A stretch of DNA of 64,000 nucleotides from Octopus sinensis (taxonomy: Eukaryota), in the NCBI RefSeq assembly GCF_006345805.1, contig NC_043004.1:86242001-86306000 (forward strand), written 5' to 3'. A program made the position numbers and the translations under genes. Below the pieces are notes generated by a model. That model was not told where the DNA came from, searched no databases, and saw only the letters and a program-made list of their open reading frames with translations. Positions within the stretch are counted from its first letter, which is position 1; every line of letters starts with the position of its first letter. Below, one piece after another: positions 12,513 to 25,661 of this stretch.

Positions 12513-13392
12513 GAACGGTTTGCACAAATGCTTTACATTTGGAGTCAGTGTCCCTAACACCAGTTCGCAACTAGTCTCTTCAGATAACGAGGATCTTTCG
12601 AACAATCTTTTCTGTTCTTAACAGAACAGATTCCTTTATTAATACAATTCTCATAGTTATCCCGATCTTATTAAGGAAGCCCCTAATTTTGTCCCCATCG
12701 TATATAGGAAACCCCCGAAGTCTGTTGGTAGCGGTACCTAGAGCGCCTATACACAGGGGTCGATGTGTCGATGTGTCGATTTAATCCCTTTGTCTGTCCC
12801 CTCTATGTTTAGCTCCATGTGGGCAATAAATAAATACATTATTATTATTATTACTATTAGGCTGGCAGACTTTCAGAAATGCTAGAACGCAGAAACATCA
12901 ACTGCCTTATTTTAACTTTGTCCGTCTACGGTCCAATATTTAATCCCAACGAGCATAAATATACATCGCTTCATTACTCGGTTGTTTCCTCGTAAAATAT
13001 GTACCAGACAATGCACCGAACTCTGTTTAAGCAATTATGCCCGTGCTTATTGTATAATTTTATGGATTTGTACCGAGTTATAAAATGGGAGGGGTAGTTT
13101 TATTTAACATGTCTCTATGGTTTTTAGTTTTAACTTTGTGGAGCTGATATTCATGAATATAGGCGGTGAGCTGGCAGAACCGTTAGCACACCGGGCGAAA
13201 TGCTTAGCGGTATTTCGTCTGCCGCTACATTCTGAGTTCAAATTCCGCCGAGGTCGACTTTGCCTTTCATCCTTTCGGGGTCGATAAATTAAGTACCAGT
13301 TACGCACTAGGGTCGATATAATCGACTTAATCCGTTTGTCTGTCCTTGTTTGTCCCCTCTGTGTTTAGCCCCTGTGGGTAGTAAAGAAATAG
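12225..13392 (+). mobile_element. SINE-B copies (12225-12445 with (ATT)n tail; fragment about 12760-12840; 13160-13392)
   Basis: Family B motifs. Confidence 0.8.
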
Positions 13393-14157
13393 ATATTCAT
13401 GAATATATCTTTATGAAATTCAAAATCTTCAAACGATGGCAGTGGGTAAGATTTTTCCTTACAAAAGCATCGTACGATGAGTAAATTACTAACAGAAACA
13501 AAAACAAAAACAAAAAGGAAAATATAACTTGTTTGAGATAAATGAGAATTTTTCCTCATTTCTAGGCGAATGACTTGATCTGAGAATGTATGTTCTGAAA
13601 CTGAAAAGCTACATCGTGAAGTCATGACAGCCGTTTAAAACACTAACATGCAACGCACACACACACACACACAATATATATATATATATATATGTATGAA
13701 TGTATAAATGTGTGTGTGTGTGTGTGCGCGCGCATGTGTAATTTGGTTTTAACTGTGAAACTTGAAGCAGATGAAGCTATAGATAATAATGTGCAAATAT
13801 CGGCTTAAAAGCCATTTCAATAGAAAAGGTCGAAGTTTCTGAATTCTTATGCCGTAAACAACATACAGTCCTCGTTGGTAAGAAAGCTTCTAAAACAGAT
13901 AGAAAAATTGAAAGGATTACTTTGGTATAATGGTAGAACGTTTGTCATGTTTACAGAAGATGTGGATTGAAGTCTCACGGACGACTTTCGGCAATTGTAT
14001 CCATTTACTTCGTCAGTGTCAAATACTGCAGAGGTAGAAAGTCAGTTATAAGAATGAACTTCATCAGCTGGTACAATAGCAGAAAGAAAATAGTTGGTTC
14101 ACGGAATGTATTCACAAGAAAAGTTTCGTATGCAATTACATGATCTAATCAAGCTTT

Positions 14158-14303
14158 ATCTTTACAGCTGTTTCGGATAATTGATGACTGATCCTATAAC
14201 CATGTATACTATGTAATAAAGTCTCATAATATTGTAAGTATATGACTAGATACGGGTTTTGAAAGACTCGTGGAGCAAAGTCACAGTATCCTCATCAGAA
14301 AGC
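14158..14303 (-). ncRNA. Candidate type I hammerhead ribozyme with a long loop II insert
   Basis: Minus strand: TTT-CTGATGA-GGATA-(~107 nt)-TATCC-GAAACAGCTGT-A-AAG. 5-bp stem II, palindromic stem III, 3-bp stem I with one G-U pair. Confidence 0.5.
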
Positions 14304-14467
14304 ACTGCAAAGAAAAAGACTTAACTGTGCCATGTAAATGTACACGCAAATTTCCGTATAAATACTTTCCTTACACCTGTATTGTTCGTCTCCCCTACTC
14401 GTATGTGCATGTGTGTAAGTATGTATGAATATACATATAGATATATATATATATATATATTATAATA

Positions 14468-14508
<41 letters not shown>

Positions 14509-14554
14509 GTATGTATGTATTTATATGTATATAATATATAATATGTATATATTT

Positions 14555-14606
<52 letters not shown>

Positions 14607-15474
14607 CACAATATATATATATGAAAAACCACCATAGTTAGCTTATACACTCCCTATTGGATTGAGGACTGCATTTCGAATCCTTTAGATCTCCTCAGCA
14701 CCGGATAACGTAGGGAGGCATCTCTGATCTAGACTACAAGGCGATACTCATATAGCTTGCAAGATTATTTTCACGCAAACGTTACCGTTATGTCGAATCT
14801 TAAAAACAGAATGGAACGTATTAATAGCAGAGCAGGTTGAGTCGGAGAAACGAATGAAGTCATATCAATAAAACGTATTAAACACACTCTGTTCCTGTAA
14901 AGTTATAGAGACATTGAAAATTGAAAGTGCACATGTAATGTTATGATATTATATTCCATTTTATTTCATGTTTTTTCTTCGCTATTTTATAATCAAAATA
15001 TTTATTAAGAGGTCTCAAATATTTTCTATCGTAAATTTAACATGTGAACAAAGATTGTCTCTCATTCTCCCAATACATAATAACACACACATATACATAT
15101 ATATATATATATCAAATACCAGCATGGAACGTTCACATCCGGTACTCGGAGTTTCCCAACAGCGTATGCCGTAATTTTTCCGTTTTCAGCTACCGCTAGT
15201 CAGCTGTCGTGTATGTTTGTTATAGCATAAACTCAGTCGAACGAACTGTAAATCGGATAAGATTATACCCAAAGCTGCCGAGAAACTCCGACTACTAGAT
15301 GTGATTGTTCCACATTGGTATTATATATGAAACATAGTCTCTTACTTCAACGATATTGAGATCTGCTTCTTTTTTGTTATTACAAAGGCGTTTTGTCGAT
15401 ATATATATATATATACACACATACTTATAAACGTAAAAAATGGCAGTTTTTATTAACTATTATCTTTTTCTTAA

Positions 15475-15732
15475 CCCAATAATGTTGCATAGAATTTATT
15501 TTTTCATTATGATTATGTAATTACAAGCAATTACATAATTGCATAATGATAAAAAATAATTAAGAATATAAAAAATCAAAATAAGATGATTATACAAGAA
15601 CTTAGTTAAATTATAATTAATTATGATATTATGATATATATAAACAGTATTTAAAATTGTAAAACAAATATTATTCGTTTTGTATAATTTTCTGATATTT
15701 CTTGTTTTCGGGGAAAACAATTCATTAATGGG
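15475..15732. mobile_element. piggyBac-type MITE
   Basis: TTAA|CCCAATAATG ... CATTAATGGG|TTAA: exact TTAA TSD, 9/10 TIR match, AT-rich interior. Confidence 0.6.
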
Positions 15733-16111
15733 TTAAAAACAAACAACAGCAGCATCAGCAGCAGCAGTAACAACATCATCAGCAACAATAACAGCAACAG
15801 CAACACATCAACATCACCACTGTCATCATCGTCATCATCATCATTATCATCCTCATCATCATCATTATCATCTTATTACCATCATCATCATCATCATCAT
15901 CACAATTATCATAATATAATTATAATTATAATAAAAAAAAATCACCGAATGTTGATTACTTCATTTCTTATTTTCCTTTTTTTTTATTCACCCCACTTCC
16001 TGTTACCCGACGGCCGAATATGTACCCAAGAGAGACAGCCGGCTCAAGTATCGAAGACAAAGGGAAAAAAACCGCAATGAAGGCGTTTGTGTGTCCGTGT
16101 CCGCATGTGTG

Positions 16112-16152
<41 letters not shown>

Positions 16153-16270
16153 GTGTGTGTGTGTGTGTGTTGTGTGTGTGTGTGTGTGTGTGTGTGTTTG
16201 TTTTTGTGTGTGTGTGTTGTTGTGTTTGTGTGTGGTGTTTGTGTGGTGTGTGTGTGTGCAGTGTGTGGTG

Positions 16271-16305
<35 letters not shown>

Positions 16306-16427
16306 TGGATATAGCCATGTGAGGGTATACGCTGAATGGAAAACGAATTATGCTTTGAGGTGTTAACGTTGGGTTGCACTGGCAATGAATTTCTGTCTCT
16401 TGTGTTGCGTTGTGAATGATTAGCTAT

Positions 16428-16599
16428 AGGCGCAGGAGTGGCTGTGTGGTAAGTAGCTTGCTTACCAGCCACATGGTTCCGGGTTCATTCCCACTGCTTG
16501 GCGCTTTGGGCAAGTGTATTCTACTATAGCCTCGAGCCGACCAAAGCCTTGTGAGTGGATCTAGTAGACGGAAACTGAAAGAATCCCGTTATATATATG

Positions 16600-16644
<45 letters not shown>

Positions 16645-16880
16645 TGTGTGTGTGTGTGTGTGTGTCTTTTGTCCCCCCAACATCGCTTGACAATCGATGC
16701 TGGTGTGTTTACGTCCTTGTAACATAGCGGTTCGGCAAAAGAAGCCGATAGAATAAGTACAAGGCTTACAAAGAATAAGTCCTGGGGTCGATTTGCTCGA
16801 TTAAAGGCAGTGCTCCAGCATGGCCGCAGTCAAATGACTGAAACAAGTAAAAGAGTAAAAGAGTAAAAAGTAAAAAGAGT
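16428..16880 (+). mobile_element. SINE family A (tRNA-like head, internal (TA)n(TG)n, GTAAAAGA-repeat tail), full copy
   Basis: Head AGGCGCAGGAGTGGCTGTGTGGTAAG...GGTTCCGGGTTCA (A/B-box-like), followed by TTGGGCAAGTG; many dispersed copies in the window. Confidence 0.85.
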
Positions 16881-16930
16881 ATAGAACCACAATGGAGCAC
16901 ATTCCATCATACTATCCACACACACACATA

Positions 16931-16967
<37 letters not shown>

Positions 16968-17246
16968 ATATATGTATATATTATAGATACACACATATAT
17001 ATATATATATATATACGATGTATATCTATAATATGATATAGATACCTGTAAATGCATGTGTGTATATTTCATACACGCACGTGATTTATGTAATAATTGG
17101 CACCACATTTCCGAATTATTCTTATATAGGAATAGACAAATGTCGGTTGATTCTACACACTTCTAAAACAAAGATACATTGAGTACTAAAATTATACAAT
17201 GTATATATGCGCGCGCGCGTGTGTGTGTGTGTGTTTGAATGTGTGT

Positions 17247-17478
17247 GTGTTTAGGGTTCGGTAAATAAACTATTGTCTAAATTACGCAAAAATGAAAATA
17301 ACACTGACATCTCATTTTAACAGATATATTTACCAAAGTTACTTTAAAACGTCTTGAAATACTAAAGAGTAAATTTAATCAATAAAATTGCCATTAGCTT
17401 CAACCATGGCCTCCAGCCGACTTTAGAATCTCCTGCAACTCTTCTGGACGGTTTCCTTGTTTAAGTTGGTGCCATAAT
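17247..17478 (-). mobile_element. Second, shorter copy of the same transposon 3' end
   Basis: About 230 bp, close to 90% similar by eye to 17522-17750. Confidence 0.8.
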
Positions 17479-17521
17479 ACACGCACACGCACACGCACAC
17501 ACGCACACACACACACACACG

Positions 17522-18290
17522 CAGAGTGTGATGAATAAATTATTGTCTAAATTACACAAAAATGAAAATAACACTGACATCTCATTTTAACAGATATATT
17601 TACCAAAGTTACATTAAAATATCTTGAAATACTAAAGAGTAAATTTAATCAATAAAATCGCCATTAGCTTCAACCACAGCCTCCAGACGACTTCGGAATC
17701 TCCTGCAACTCTTCTGGGCGGTCTCCTTGTTTAAGGTGGTGAATGCACCCATAATCTTTGCCTTCAGTCCATCCTTAATGTGTTACAAGGATTTGTAACT
17801 GCGCCCCACACATATTAATCAAGAGGGTTGCAATCTGGCTGTTAGATGGCCAGATGTTAGGGTTGATGGGGGTCACTGAAAATGTCTGACAGCCATGATT
17901 GGGTTCTCCTGCTTGTGTGGTATGGTGCAGAGTCCAGTTGCCAGACATAGGGTTTTCCAGAAGCCATCTCTTGATCCAAGGTAACACTACCTCCTCCAGG
18001 CATTTGATGTAGGCCTCCGTGTTGAGTCTGAGGCCGCATGGGAAGATAAATGGAAGCATAACGTCGCCATCACTAGTGATCACTCCAAACACTATGATGT
18101 TGTCTAGATGCTTGATTTCTATCACTCTTGGTACATGTTTTGGGGACACAGAAAGCCAACGGTTGTTCTGTGTGTTCCCCAATTTTTCGTACTGGAGCTT
18201 CCGGCGCGAATGCCAAGCAGTACAGCATGTCGTTTCCAAATTTCTGACAGAGCGAATTGCTTGATAATGCTGTTTTTATCACAGACGGTA
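17522..18290 (-). mobile_element. Decayed Tc1/mariner transposase 3' half (maT/DD37D-like)
   Basis: Frameshifted FGVITSDG...FIFP.GLRLNTEAYIKCLEEVVLPWI, WQLDSAPYHTSRRTQSWL, NIWPSNS, and C-terminal CRRFRSRLEAVVEANGDFID*. Confidence 0.85.
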
Positions 18291-18660
18291 CCTAACTGAC
18301 CCTACTATACTGTGTAGTCAACAAAATCAAACACACACACACACACATACACACACACACGTATACATACGTATGTATGTATGTATGTATATATATTACT
18401 GTATGGATAATTTTCGACATACAAAAAGAACCCGATTCAAATAAATGTCAGAAGTGGACATTATAAATTCTTCAAGATCAAGAAATAGCTACGTAAATTT
18501 CTTGTAGATCAAAGACCATTGTAATAAGACATGTGCAATATTTTGACAGCATCAGTAATTGGCAGACAAGGAAGCCAGTAGGCTAACGAAAATTTGCGAG
18601 GAAGAATGATAAAAATGAGAGCAAATTAAATATTTTTAGATATAGTATAAATGAATCCGT

Positions 18661-18976
18661 GAAGGCGCATGGCTCAGTAGTTAGAGCGTCGAGCTTACGA
18701 GGTTGTGAGCTCGAATCCCGGACCGGGCTGAGTGCTGTGTTCTTGAGCAAGACACTTTATTTTACGTTGCTCCAGTTCACTCAGCTGTAGAAATGAGTTG
18801 CGACGTCACAAGTGACAAGCTGTATCGGCCCTTGCCTTTCCCTTGGATAACATCGGAGGCGTGAAGAGGGGAGGCCCGTATGCATGGGTGACTGCTGGTC
18901 TTCCATAAATAACCTTTCCTGGGAGGGTAACTTTCAAGGTGCAATCCCATGGTCAGTCATGACCGAAGAGCGTCTC
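18661..18976 (+). mobile_element. SINE family C (tRNA-like head plus conserved central domain)
   Basis: GAAGGCGCATGGCTCAGTAGTTAGAGCG...TCGAATCCC, then TTGAGCAAGACACTTTA and GTTGCTCCAGTTCACTCAGCTG. Inverted copy at 27590-27886. Confidence 0.8.
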
Positions 18977-19781
18977 AGATAAATGAATCCTCTAAAATCC
19001 TGTTGTAATAGAGTGCTCTTACTACAACAGGTTTCCAAATTTTATATAGATAATCTTTAATCTAAAAATAGGCCGAAAATGATCATCGTTTCCGCGCTTT
19101 TTTTTCATTAAATTTTTAGCTCAAACTTTTAGATAAGTGTTTCCAAACTGTTTCTTCCCTAAAGTACTTGTCTCCAGCAAACCTATCGAACTTGATAATC
19201 TGATTATTTCATATGTAGAACTATAGACACATTGTCTTTAAATCAACCGAATCGAAGGTAGCCTTACATGCCTATTAGAATGTTGAAAAGAAGGTAAATT
19301 TAAGCAAAGATTTTATAACTGCGGCACTTCATCTAAATACATCCACAAGCGGAATTCCATGACAATACATGCACAGTGAAACTATATATCAACGACCTAG
19401 AAAGTACAGCTATTGCACAACAGAACCTCTGTGCATTTTATAGAGATTAGTATAAAATTTTGTGTTTGCCTGAATCTCAGAAATGAAATGAAAATAGTTG
19501 CTTCCGCGTGGATAAATATATTCTGTTCCAGGGAATCTGACTTTATCATTTTATCTTTTTCACACATTACCCGCAAGATGAATGGCAATTTTTATTTATT
19601 AGCTCCTTGATAATATGAACATATCAATACATACATATATACATGCATGCATAAATGCATACATGCGTACATGCATGCATAAATGCATACATGCGTACAT
19701 GCATGCATAAATGCATACATGCGTACATGCAAATACCACACAACACGCACATACAAACAAGCGCGTACACACACGCACCTA

Positions 19782-19813
<32 letters not shown>

Positions 19814-20046
19814 TATGTATGTATGTATGTATGTATGTATATATGTATGTATGCATATATTAATAATGATAATGATATTTTTATATAAGCTTAAAGCTTA
19901 TGGCGATCACTGTGCAATGACTAAGGAAAATAGTCTAACAGAAAAAAAAGGCTTTCCTATCCGCGTAGGATTGAAAAACTGCGCGGTATAAAAAAACCAT
20001 TCGCACCGAAAGAAATATATCTATATATATATATATATATATATAT

Positions 20047-20126
<80 letters not shown>

Positions 20127-20593
20127 GCCGATTTCTTTCAAAAGGGAGAAAGTCAAGCAAATAGAAAGAGCGAGGGAACGTGATTATATCCCATTAAAGT
20201 ATTGGCACTTTAATTTATGAACAGTGAAGTTGACCTTGGTTGAATTTGAAGTTAGTAAATAGCCAAAACGTTTCCCGCAACGCAATCTATCCGCTGCTTC
20301 GAACAACTTTACCAATCGGTTGCCTGGTTACCTACGATGACTGCAATCCAATAACTGAAACCAGTAAACTGTTGAAAAGTTCTTGTCTTTGGATAAAAGA
20401 AAATACAGGAGGATAAGTTAACTTTGGTTTTATTCAAAATATTCCCCTCTCAGATTCACACGCTGATTGCAACGGTCCTTCAGTTTTTACTAAGCCCTGT
20501 AAAAGAACTCGGAAGTTTAGTCCTCCGATCAAACCAATCAAGATACGCTTAAAAACAAACTTTTCACCATCCCCTCGAATGCGTGTTTGTGTG

Positions 20594-20628
<35 letters not shown>

Positions 20629-20858
20629 TGTGTGTGTATGTGTGTGTGTGTGCGTGCGTGTGTGTCTGTGTGTATGTCTGTGTGCGTGTGTATGTGTCTG
20701 TGTCTGTGTGTATTTGTAGTTTAACTCAACTCCAAAGGACTCCAAATGATTTTCATAGGCGCGTAGATACTCATCTCATCAGTCGTTCGCATATTCGAAG
20801 GTAGGGCTAAATTAAACGGCTATTAAATACATGTAACTCTAACCAAATGTGTTGAGTG

Positions 20859-20954
<96 letters not shown>

Positions 20955-21229
20955 GTATGTATTATGTATGAATATGTGTGCGTGTGTATGTAGGTAGGTA
21001 TGTATATATATATATGTGTGTGTGTGTGTATGTATGTATGTGTGTGTGTGTGTATATACGTATAAACGAGTGAAAAATAGGTAAACACACAGAGACAAGT
21101 ACAGGACAAAATACCAAAAGAAGTCTGACGCCCCTTCAGTTGTCGACTATTTCACTACTCCCTATTTCGTGCTTTTAACTAGAAAAACTTCATAAGACAT
21201 CAGCATCCAGAAATTTTTAAGCTATAAAC

Positions 21230-21809
21230 TTTGCGGAAAGTTAGGGCTTCGAACGAAAAAAACAAGAGCTTCTCCCTTCTCCTCACTCCCTTTGTTTCTT
21301 TCCCTCATCCTCTCTCTTGTCCCCTTTCCCTCAGCCTGTTGCTCACACGTGACTGCAGGCCATTTCTCTCGCCCCTATCTTTACTGGATAACACGTCCAC
21401 TAGGCTGGACGTCATTTCTCTCACCTCCCGACATTTTTTCTCTTCTACTATTTTCTTCTCTACTATTTATTTTATTTCCTTTAAAATTTCTCTCTATGGA
21501 TTTCGCTTTGTCACACTCCACAATACTCTGAGCAAGCGAGAGGGAGGCAGGGAGAGAAGCATTCTTGAACTGAAATCCTGACCTGAACGCATGCAACAGA
21601 GTGAAATCCGCTATAGCCCCCACCCAAAGATACTCGCTGTTAGTATAAAATATTGAGTCTACCATCCATAAAGACCCTCCAAGGATTTGAAATCTGAACG
21701 CGAAAAGCCGGCACAAATATCGCCAGGCATACCGGTCCTGTCTTCTTACAGTTGTACCACCAGTCCATCGCATTTCGATTGCTACAATCTTTTTTCGACC
21801 CCCGTAAGT
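21230..21809 (+). promoter_or_regulatory. Candidate promoter and non-coding first exon ending in a GTAAGT donor
   Basis: Unique, relatively CpG-rich sequence with a pyrimidine-rich upstream part, a CACGTG E-box (about 21346), GACGTCA (about 21409) and a consensus donor at 21804-21809. Confidence 0.3.
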
Positions 21810-22570
21810 ATGAAAGCCTTATTTTTCCTGTGTTAGATTTGAACTTGGAGGGCAGAGTGTCGGAACAGATCTAGTGATGTATCCAATGCTAAGTTTATAC
21901 GGCATTGGTATTCTTGTATCGATCTTCGAAAGGATAAAAGCGTAAGTTGTCCACGGCAGAATTTGAGCTCAGAGCGTAAAGTGTCCGAACAAATTGCATG
22001 ACACATCATATCAAGATCTCTAACGCCTTTAACGCCTCTGCTCAATCACTCCGTCATTGATTTCTGAGTTACATAACTTTTGTTTGGCGTTTGATCCATA
22101 ATATAATATTATTATTTTGACTGAACTTATTTATGTGAAGAAAGCATGTTACTTAATGGAGCTAATTTATATATGAAACGCATTTCTCGTCTAAGTTCAT
22201 TGATCTCACACAAGGAATCTGAAAGAAGTTTATATCAGTCGAGAAACTATTACGCTGACTGTCAGAATATATCAGCATTGATGCTAACATCATATAACGA
22301 AAATATGTGGTTTAACTGGACATACGTATGCCACTTCTAGGTACAATGTCGGTACTTGGACCAACGAAAGAGTTTAATGTGCTGGTTACAATATAGTATA
22401 GTAAGACAACTAGGAAGGTAATTTTCAAAAACTTTCGACAAAACATCCTTGTCTTAATTGCTCTTGATTCAGTTATAGTATTTCATCCGGCTCCCTTACC
22501 TTCCTAACCTCTCCTACAAATAGGGTTACCCCGTTGTCTTACTATATCACAACGAGTAGAGCCTCTATAT

Positions 22571-22830
22571 CAGGAGTTCTCAACTTGGGGTTCATATAAG
22601 ATTTTTAGGGGTTCATGAAATGTTTTGCTTTATTGCAAGAAACATCTAGGTTTCTTTCTCTGACGTTTTACCTAGTTCGGCCTACAAAAGTGAGTGTGTA
22701 ATAAACAAAATAGGAATTTTGAAAGGGGCATCTATCAACTAGTTTCTAAACATCGAATGGCTACGGGGGTCCACCAGCATAAAATAGTAATGAAACGGGT
22801 CCATAGATAGAAAATGGTTGAGAACCACTG
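22571..22830. mobile_element. hAT (Charlie-like) MITE
   Basis: TIRs CAGGAGTTCTCAAC / GTTGAGAACCACTG; 8-bp flanks CTCTATAT / ATTTATAT (6/8 match). Confidence 0.75.
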
Positions 22831-24399
22831 ATTTATATAGTTGGTGTGCTAGAAGGACAAGCGAAACATTCCTAAAATTTCACCCCAGCACATGAAGAAA
22901 AACCAAGGACATTTTGAATAATGTAGTATTAGATATTATGTCTGAAAAAAAAAGAGAGATAACGATCAAGGCTTGAATAGTTATTACGGTTATAATGCTA
23001 CTCGATCAGGACTGTCCTGTGGTTAAATAAGAGCAGCAATTACTACTGTACAAGCAACGACTGACCCTTGGCTAATCAACGCTTGCTGGAAGGTAGGTTC
23101 ACTAGGAAGATAATTATTTTCATTTATAAAGAGAGTGTGTATATGCGCGTGTTTGTGTCTGCATGCGTGTTAACGTGTGCATCTGTTAGATTAGATCTTT
23201 ATTCCAACAAAATGACCCGCAATCACAGAAGGAATATATCATCAATGTAAACAAGCGTATGTCTTGAAATATGGAGAAACACTGACGTAACGTTCAATGA
23301 AAGGAATGAAGAATTCTGTGTTGGCACAAGGTTGTTTATGAATTTCTTAGATATATTTATTTATTTACTTATTTATTTATTCCATGAAGTGGAATGTTCA
23401 AAGAAGCTATGTCTAGCCACTTAGAATAAAGAACCCAAAGAAAAATCTGAGGGTGAAAACACATCTAATCAATACTCGTTTATAGAAATTAACATAAATT
23501 CTAGGATTGCTTGAATCTCAGAAATGAAATATTTAGCAGTGTTTTCATTTGGATAAATATATTATATCCTCGGGAAAGTTTACTATATTTGGCACAAGAT
23601 TGTTTATTATATGTATGTGCATGTATGCATGAATGTATGCATGTATGCATGTATGTATGTATTATGTTTATATGTATGTACGTATGTATGTATACATGTA
23701 TGCATGTTATTCTCTTTCACTTTTTAATTTTAGAGTAAATTTTGACCAGCCACCTACTTGGTGGCAAGGTTGTGAAGAAAAGTATCTGCTTTTAATCACT
23801 ATTCTTTAAATCGTGAGTAGGTCTTGCAGATTTTTATGGTCCCAGATATTGCGATCATTTGTAGAACACGAATTAAGGATACGTATGTATTGCGTAATGT
23901 ATGTATGTATGTATGTATGTATGTATGTATGTATGTATGTATGTATGTATGTATGTATGTATTATGTATGTGTGTGTCTGTGTCTATGCGTGTGTGTAAT
24001 GCTTCGGCATGTATTTATTCCAATAAGTAACAAGTTCAAAAAGCTACATCAGGCCACTTAGTATAAAGAGATCAATGATATGTTTGGGCGTAAAAAATCA
24101 TTTAATCTATAATCATTACAGATTAAATGTTTCTTTATTTATCAAAGAATTATTTTGGATTAATTCACGTGATCAGAAAACTACTAAATTTTGTTCTACT
24201 ATACGCGCAGGGCTTGAAATAGTGGGTGAAGGGTGCGGGTTAGAAGGACAATTCGCCCCCAGTCCCTAGTCTTTTTAAATTCCGTTCTTATTTTTATCGG
24301 GCTAAAAAGCTATGGTGCAGCGACGTTAACAAACCATCAGCGGCTATAGTAGAAAACAGATGCTTCGCAACTAATCGGTTTCATGTCCAATAATAATAA

Positions 24400-25003
24400 T
24401 AATCCATTCTATAGACACACGGTCTGAAATTTTGGGGGATGCGACTAGTCGATTACATCGAACGCAGTATTCTACAGGTACTTAATTTATCGACCCCAAA
24501 AGGATGAAAGACAAAGTCGATCACGGCGAAATTTGAACACAGAACGTAGCGACGGGCGAAATACCGCGAAGCATTTCGTCCAGCGTGCTAACGACTCTGC
24601 CAGCTCACCGCTTTAATGATAATAATTATTTCTACTCTAGGCACAAGGCCTTAAAAATTTTGGGGGAAGGGGAATAGTCAATTACATCGGCCCCGGTGCG
24701 CAACTGGTACTTATTTCATCGGCCCCGAAAGGATGAAAGGCAAAGTCAACCTCGGTTGAATTTGAACTCATAACGAAGGGACGGACGAAATACCAATTTC
24801 TTTACTACCCACAAGGGGCTAAACACAGAGAGTACAAACAAGGACAGACAAATGGATTAAGTCGATTATATCGACTCCAGTGCGAAACTAGTACTTATTT
24901 AATCGACCCCGAAAGGATGAAAGACAAAGTCGACCTCGGCAGAATTCGAACTCAGAACTAAGCATTTCGCCAGGCGTGCTAACGATTCTGCCAGCTCGTT
25001 GCT

Positions 25004-25071
<68 letters not shown>

Positions 25072-25330
25072 CATAATAATAATAATAATATGATGGCATG
25101 AACTGCTCTCTCACTCAATAATAATAATAATACTGGTTTCAAATTTTGGCACAAAGCCAGCAATTTCGGGGGAGGGATAAGCCGATGACATCGACTTCAG
25201 TGTTTAACTGGTACTTATTTTATCGATCCCCAAAATGATGAAAGGAATTTGAACTCAGAATGTAAGGACGGACGAAATGACGCTAAGCATTTTGTCCGAC
25301 GCGCTAACGATTCTGCCAGCTCATCGTTCT
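24400..25330 (-). mobile_element. Tandem array of about 4 SINE-B copies
   Basis: Family B motifs on the minus strand, with (TAA)n at 25005-25135. Confidence 0.85.
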
Positions 25331-25661
25331 AATTACTGACGAAAATAATGCCTGTAAGCTGATAACTTTGTTACTTGACAGTACCAAGTGCAGTTCCACC
25401 GTTAAACAAAATCTTGTGTGTATGAATATGTGTGTGTGTGTGTGTGTTTGTACAAATTTGATGGTGTGTTTATGTTCCTGTAACTTGGCGGTTCGACAAA
25501 AGAGAACGATAGAATAAATACCGGGCGTTACAAAAAAGAAAAAAAAATAATAAGCACTAACATCGATTCAATTCATTCGACTAAAATTCTTCGGGGCCTT
25601 GCCCTAGCATGGCCGCAGTTTAATGACTGAAACTAGTAGAAAACAAAAAGATATTTACATA

